Positions 62,123-64,000 of a stretch of DNA of 64,000 bases are shown here, piece by piece (the stretch's first letter is position 1; every line of letters starts with the position of its first letter). The notes beneath the pieces were generated by a model. It worked only from the letters and a program-made list of their open reading frames with translations. It made no database searches and was not told where the DNA came from. The translations under genes and the position numbers were made by a program. Source of the stretch: an uncultured Acidimicrobiia bacterium. GTDB lineage: Bacteria > Acidobacteriota > Terriglobia > Versatilivoradales > Versatilivoraceae. The DNA lies in contig CAWBAT010000005.1 of assembly GCA_963786955.1 (NCBI GenBank), positions 1,568,001 to 1,632,000 on the forward strand, written 5' to 3'.

Positions 62123-62449
62123 ATGAGACAGGCAAAAAATGTGAAAGCCTTAACGGTGTCACAATCGCCCGGAGAAAGATATGTCCTCCGTCTTTACGTG
62201 ACCGGACTGACGCCCAATTCCACGCGAGCCATCGCCAATATCAAGGCCCTATGCGAAACGTACCTTGAGGGTCGCTATGACTTGCGGATCATTGACATTT
62301 ACCAAAAGCCGGCGCTGGCAAAGGGCGAGCAGATTATTGCGGCGCCGACGCTGATCAAGAAGTTACCTCTCCCGCTGCGCCGGCTCGTGGGCAACCTCTC
62401 GAAGGAAGACCGCGTTCTCTTCGGCTTGGACCTGCGTCCCAAATCCTAA
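62123..62449 (+). CDS. kaiB: Second KaiB-family protein
   Basis: YVLRLYVTG.TPNS.RAI.N, IDIYQKP.LA..EQIIAAPTLIKKLP.PLRR; start 62093 or 62123. Confidence 0.92.
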   Translation: MRQAKNVKALTVSQSPGERYVLRLYVTGLTPNSTRAIANIKALCETYLEGRYDLRIIDIYQKPALAKGEQIIAAPTLIKKLPLPLRRLVGNLSKEDRVLFGLDLRPKS

Positions 62450-62506
62450 TCAGACCCCTGACGCCGCGACTCGCACGGGCTCGCGGCTGAGCAGACGAAT
62501 GGCGCG

Positions 62507-64000
62507 ATGCGAGAAAAGTCCAAATCCAAAAAGGAACTGCTGCGGGAAATTGAAGAACTTCGCCTGCGCTTGGATGAGGCCGAGCAGGTGTTACGAGGCA
62601 TTCAGAGCGGGGAAGTGGATGCCTTGATTCTTGCGGGGCCCGAACGGGAAAGGGTTTATACGCTCGAGGGCGCGAACCAGCCCTATCAGGTTCTGGTCGA
62701 GACAATGAACGAAGGCGCTCTCACCCTGGCGGCTGATGGAACAATCCTCTACTGCAATGCTCGCTTTGCGAAAATGATTAAGATCCCGATCGAAAGAATC
62801 ATTGGCAGGTCGATTGGCCGGTTCGTGGCGCGGGCCGATAAGCAAAAACTTGCAAGCCTGATCGAGGAAAGCCGGAAAGACCGCCTAACGGCGGAAATCA
62901 GCCTCAAAACCACAAAGGGAACATTTGTCCCATCACATTTCTCCCTCGTTCCCCTGGGACTGGACGGTTTGCAAAGCATCTGTGGGGTGGTCACGGATTT
63001 GACCGGAGTCATCGCCGCCCGGGAGGCAAGTCGGCGGCTTGAGGACACTCTGATGGAGCGCGAAAGGCTTCTCTCCCTGATCAATACCAATGTCTCTGAT
63101 TTGATCTGGCTGATGGTCGTCGAGCCCAAGAATCGTTACCGCTGCGTCGCAGTGAGTGGGTCGTATATGACCGTTACGGGACTGCGCGAGGACCAAGTCG
63201 TTGGCAAACGGCTCGAGGAAATCTTGCCGGCAGCCCCTTTTCACATCGCTTTGGCCAAGTATCAAGAGGCAATTCGAGCAGGAGAAACCATTGTATACGA
63301 AGAAAGCGCTGACGTTCCGGCAGGACACATCGTTCTTGAAACAAGACTTACGCCGGTTTTCGATCCAAGAGAAAATTGCACGTATTTGCTCGGAGTCTCA
63401 CGTGACGTCACTGAACGCAAGCGGACAGAGGGGGAACTGCGTCAGCTTTCTGCCTCTTTGCTCGAGGCGCAGGACCAAGAACGCCGGCGAATTGCCAGAG
63501 AGTTGCATGACAGCACGGCCCATGATCTGGCCGCGATAGCCATCAATCTGAGCCTGCTGGAAGAATGCGCGGGGCTGGATGAGGACGCTCGGAAGTGCCT
63601 TGCTGACACTGTTTCCCTGGCAAAGCAATCTTCGGGTGAGATCCGTAACCTTTCTTACCTGCTCCATCCTCCCTTGCTCGACGAGCGGGGTTTGGACTCC
63701 GCGCTACGCTGGTACATCGAAGGGTTTGCACAGCGAAGCGGGATTGGAGTCGAACTGGACATGCCTGCCGAAATCGGCCGGCTTCCGCAGGAGATAGAGA
63801 CGGCGTTGTTCCGCATTGTGCAGGAAGGCCTCACGAACATCCATCGTCACTCCAGTAGCCCAACGGCTCGGATAAGCCTCATTCGGAGTTCAGCCGGGCT
63901 CGCGCTGGAAGTTCAAGACGAAGGGCACGGGATGCCCGGGCATACCTTTAAAGAAACCCGCGGAACCATTGAGGGGATGGGGGTGGGCATTGCGGGGATG
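62507..64000 (+). CDS. PAS-PAS sensor histidine kinase (HisKA_3/NarX-UhpB type), truncated by the window end
   Basis: My translation: MREKSKSKKELLREIEELRLRLDEAEQVLRGIQSGEVDAL..., ETMNEGA (PAS), ERRRIARELHDS, LHPPLLDERGL, QEGLTNIHRHS, DEGHG. Confidence 0.9.
   Translation, partial: MREKSKSKKELLREIEELRLRLDEAEQVLRGIQSGEVDALILAGPERERVYTLEGANQPYQVLVETMNEGALTLAADGTILYCNARFAKMIKIPIERIIGRSIGRFVARADKQKLASLIEESRKDRLTAEISLKTTKGTFVPSHFSLVPLGLDGLQSICGVVTDLTGVIAAREASRRLEDTLMERERLLSLINTNVSDLIWLMVVEPKNRYRCVAVSGSYMTVTGLREDQVVGKRLEEILPAAPFHIALAKYQEAIRAGETIVYEESADVPAGHIVLETRLTPVFDPRENCTYLLGVSRDVTERKRTEGELRQLSASLLEAQDQERRRIARELHDSTAHDLAAIAINLSLLEECAGLDEDARKCLADTVSLAKQSSGEIRNLSYLLHPPLLDERGLDSALRWYIEGFAQRSGIGVELDMPAEIGRLPQEIETALFRIVQEGLTNIHRHSSSPTARISLIRSSAGLALEVQDEGHGMPGHTFKETRGTIEGMGVGIAGM

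Noticed and set aside
60061-62449. A true cyanobacterial-type circadian oscillator
   Set aside because: No kaiA or sasA in the window and KaiC has a KaiC2-like tail; self-sustained rhythm cannot be inferred

Overview
Bacterial genomic DNA, most likely from an Acidobacteriota genome (inferred from the Oar-type TonB receptor, the wHTH-TolB regulator, and the SYLF, Zn-PLC and small membrane-protein families). No rRNA, tRNA, CRISPR array or intact integrase/transposase was seen. Layout: (1) 0-7.5 kb housekeeping enzymes (DinB, DUF2585, dehydrogenases, SDR, PQQ-like propeller, gluconolactonase); (2) 8-20.7 kb secreted/surface proteins (a LamG/Ig/FN3 protein with a 629-bp near-perfect internal repeat, a frameshifted BNR protein, a wHTH-TolB regulator, a TonB receptor); (3) 20.7-30.4 kb a minus-strand run: decayed glutathione peroxidase, REC-TrxB-like fusion, cNMP-domain histidine kinase, PAS-PP2C phosphatase, RsbW-like kinase, STAS protein and MlaE/F/D-PqiC transporter; (4) 33-59.5 kb a general-stress-like island (CsbD, DUF3309, DUF3185, DUF883, OmpA x2, ferritin-like, SYLF, PBP1A, M48 peptidase, cytochrome c3, micro-proteins) with three Crp/Fnr paralogs; (5) 60-64 kb kaiC-kaiB-kaiB-PAS histidine kinase with no kaiA in the window. 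The main new observation is a conserved promoter architecture at 8 loci (9 promoters) in the island: two 14-bp pseudo-palindromes 22 bp apart, the proximal one centred near -41.5 and abutting a CTGAC(A/G) -35 box. This points to an uncharacterised Crp/Fnr regulon. A second candidate system is a partner-switching module attached to an MCE transporter. Many single-base frameshifts may be sequencing errors.
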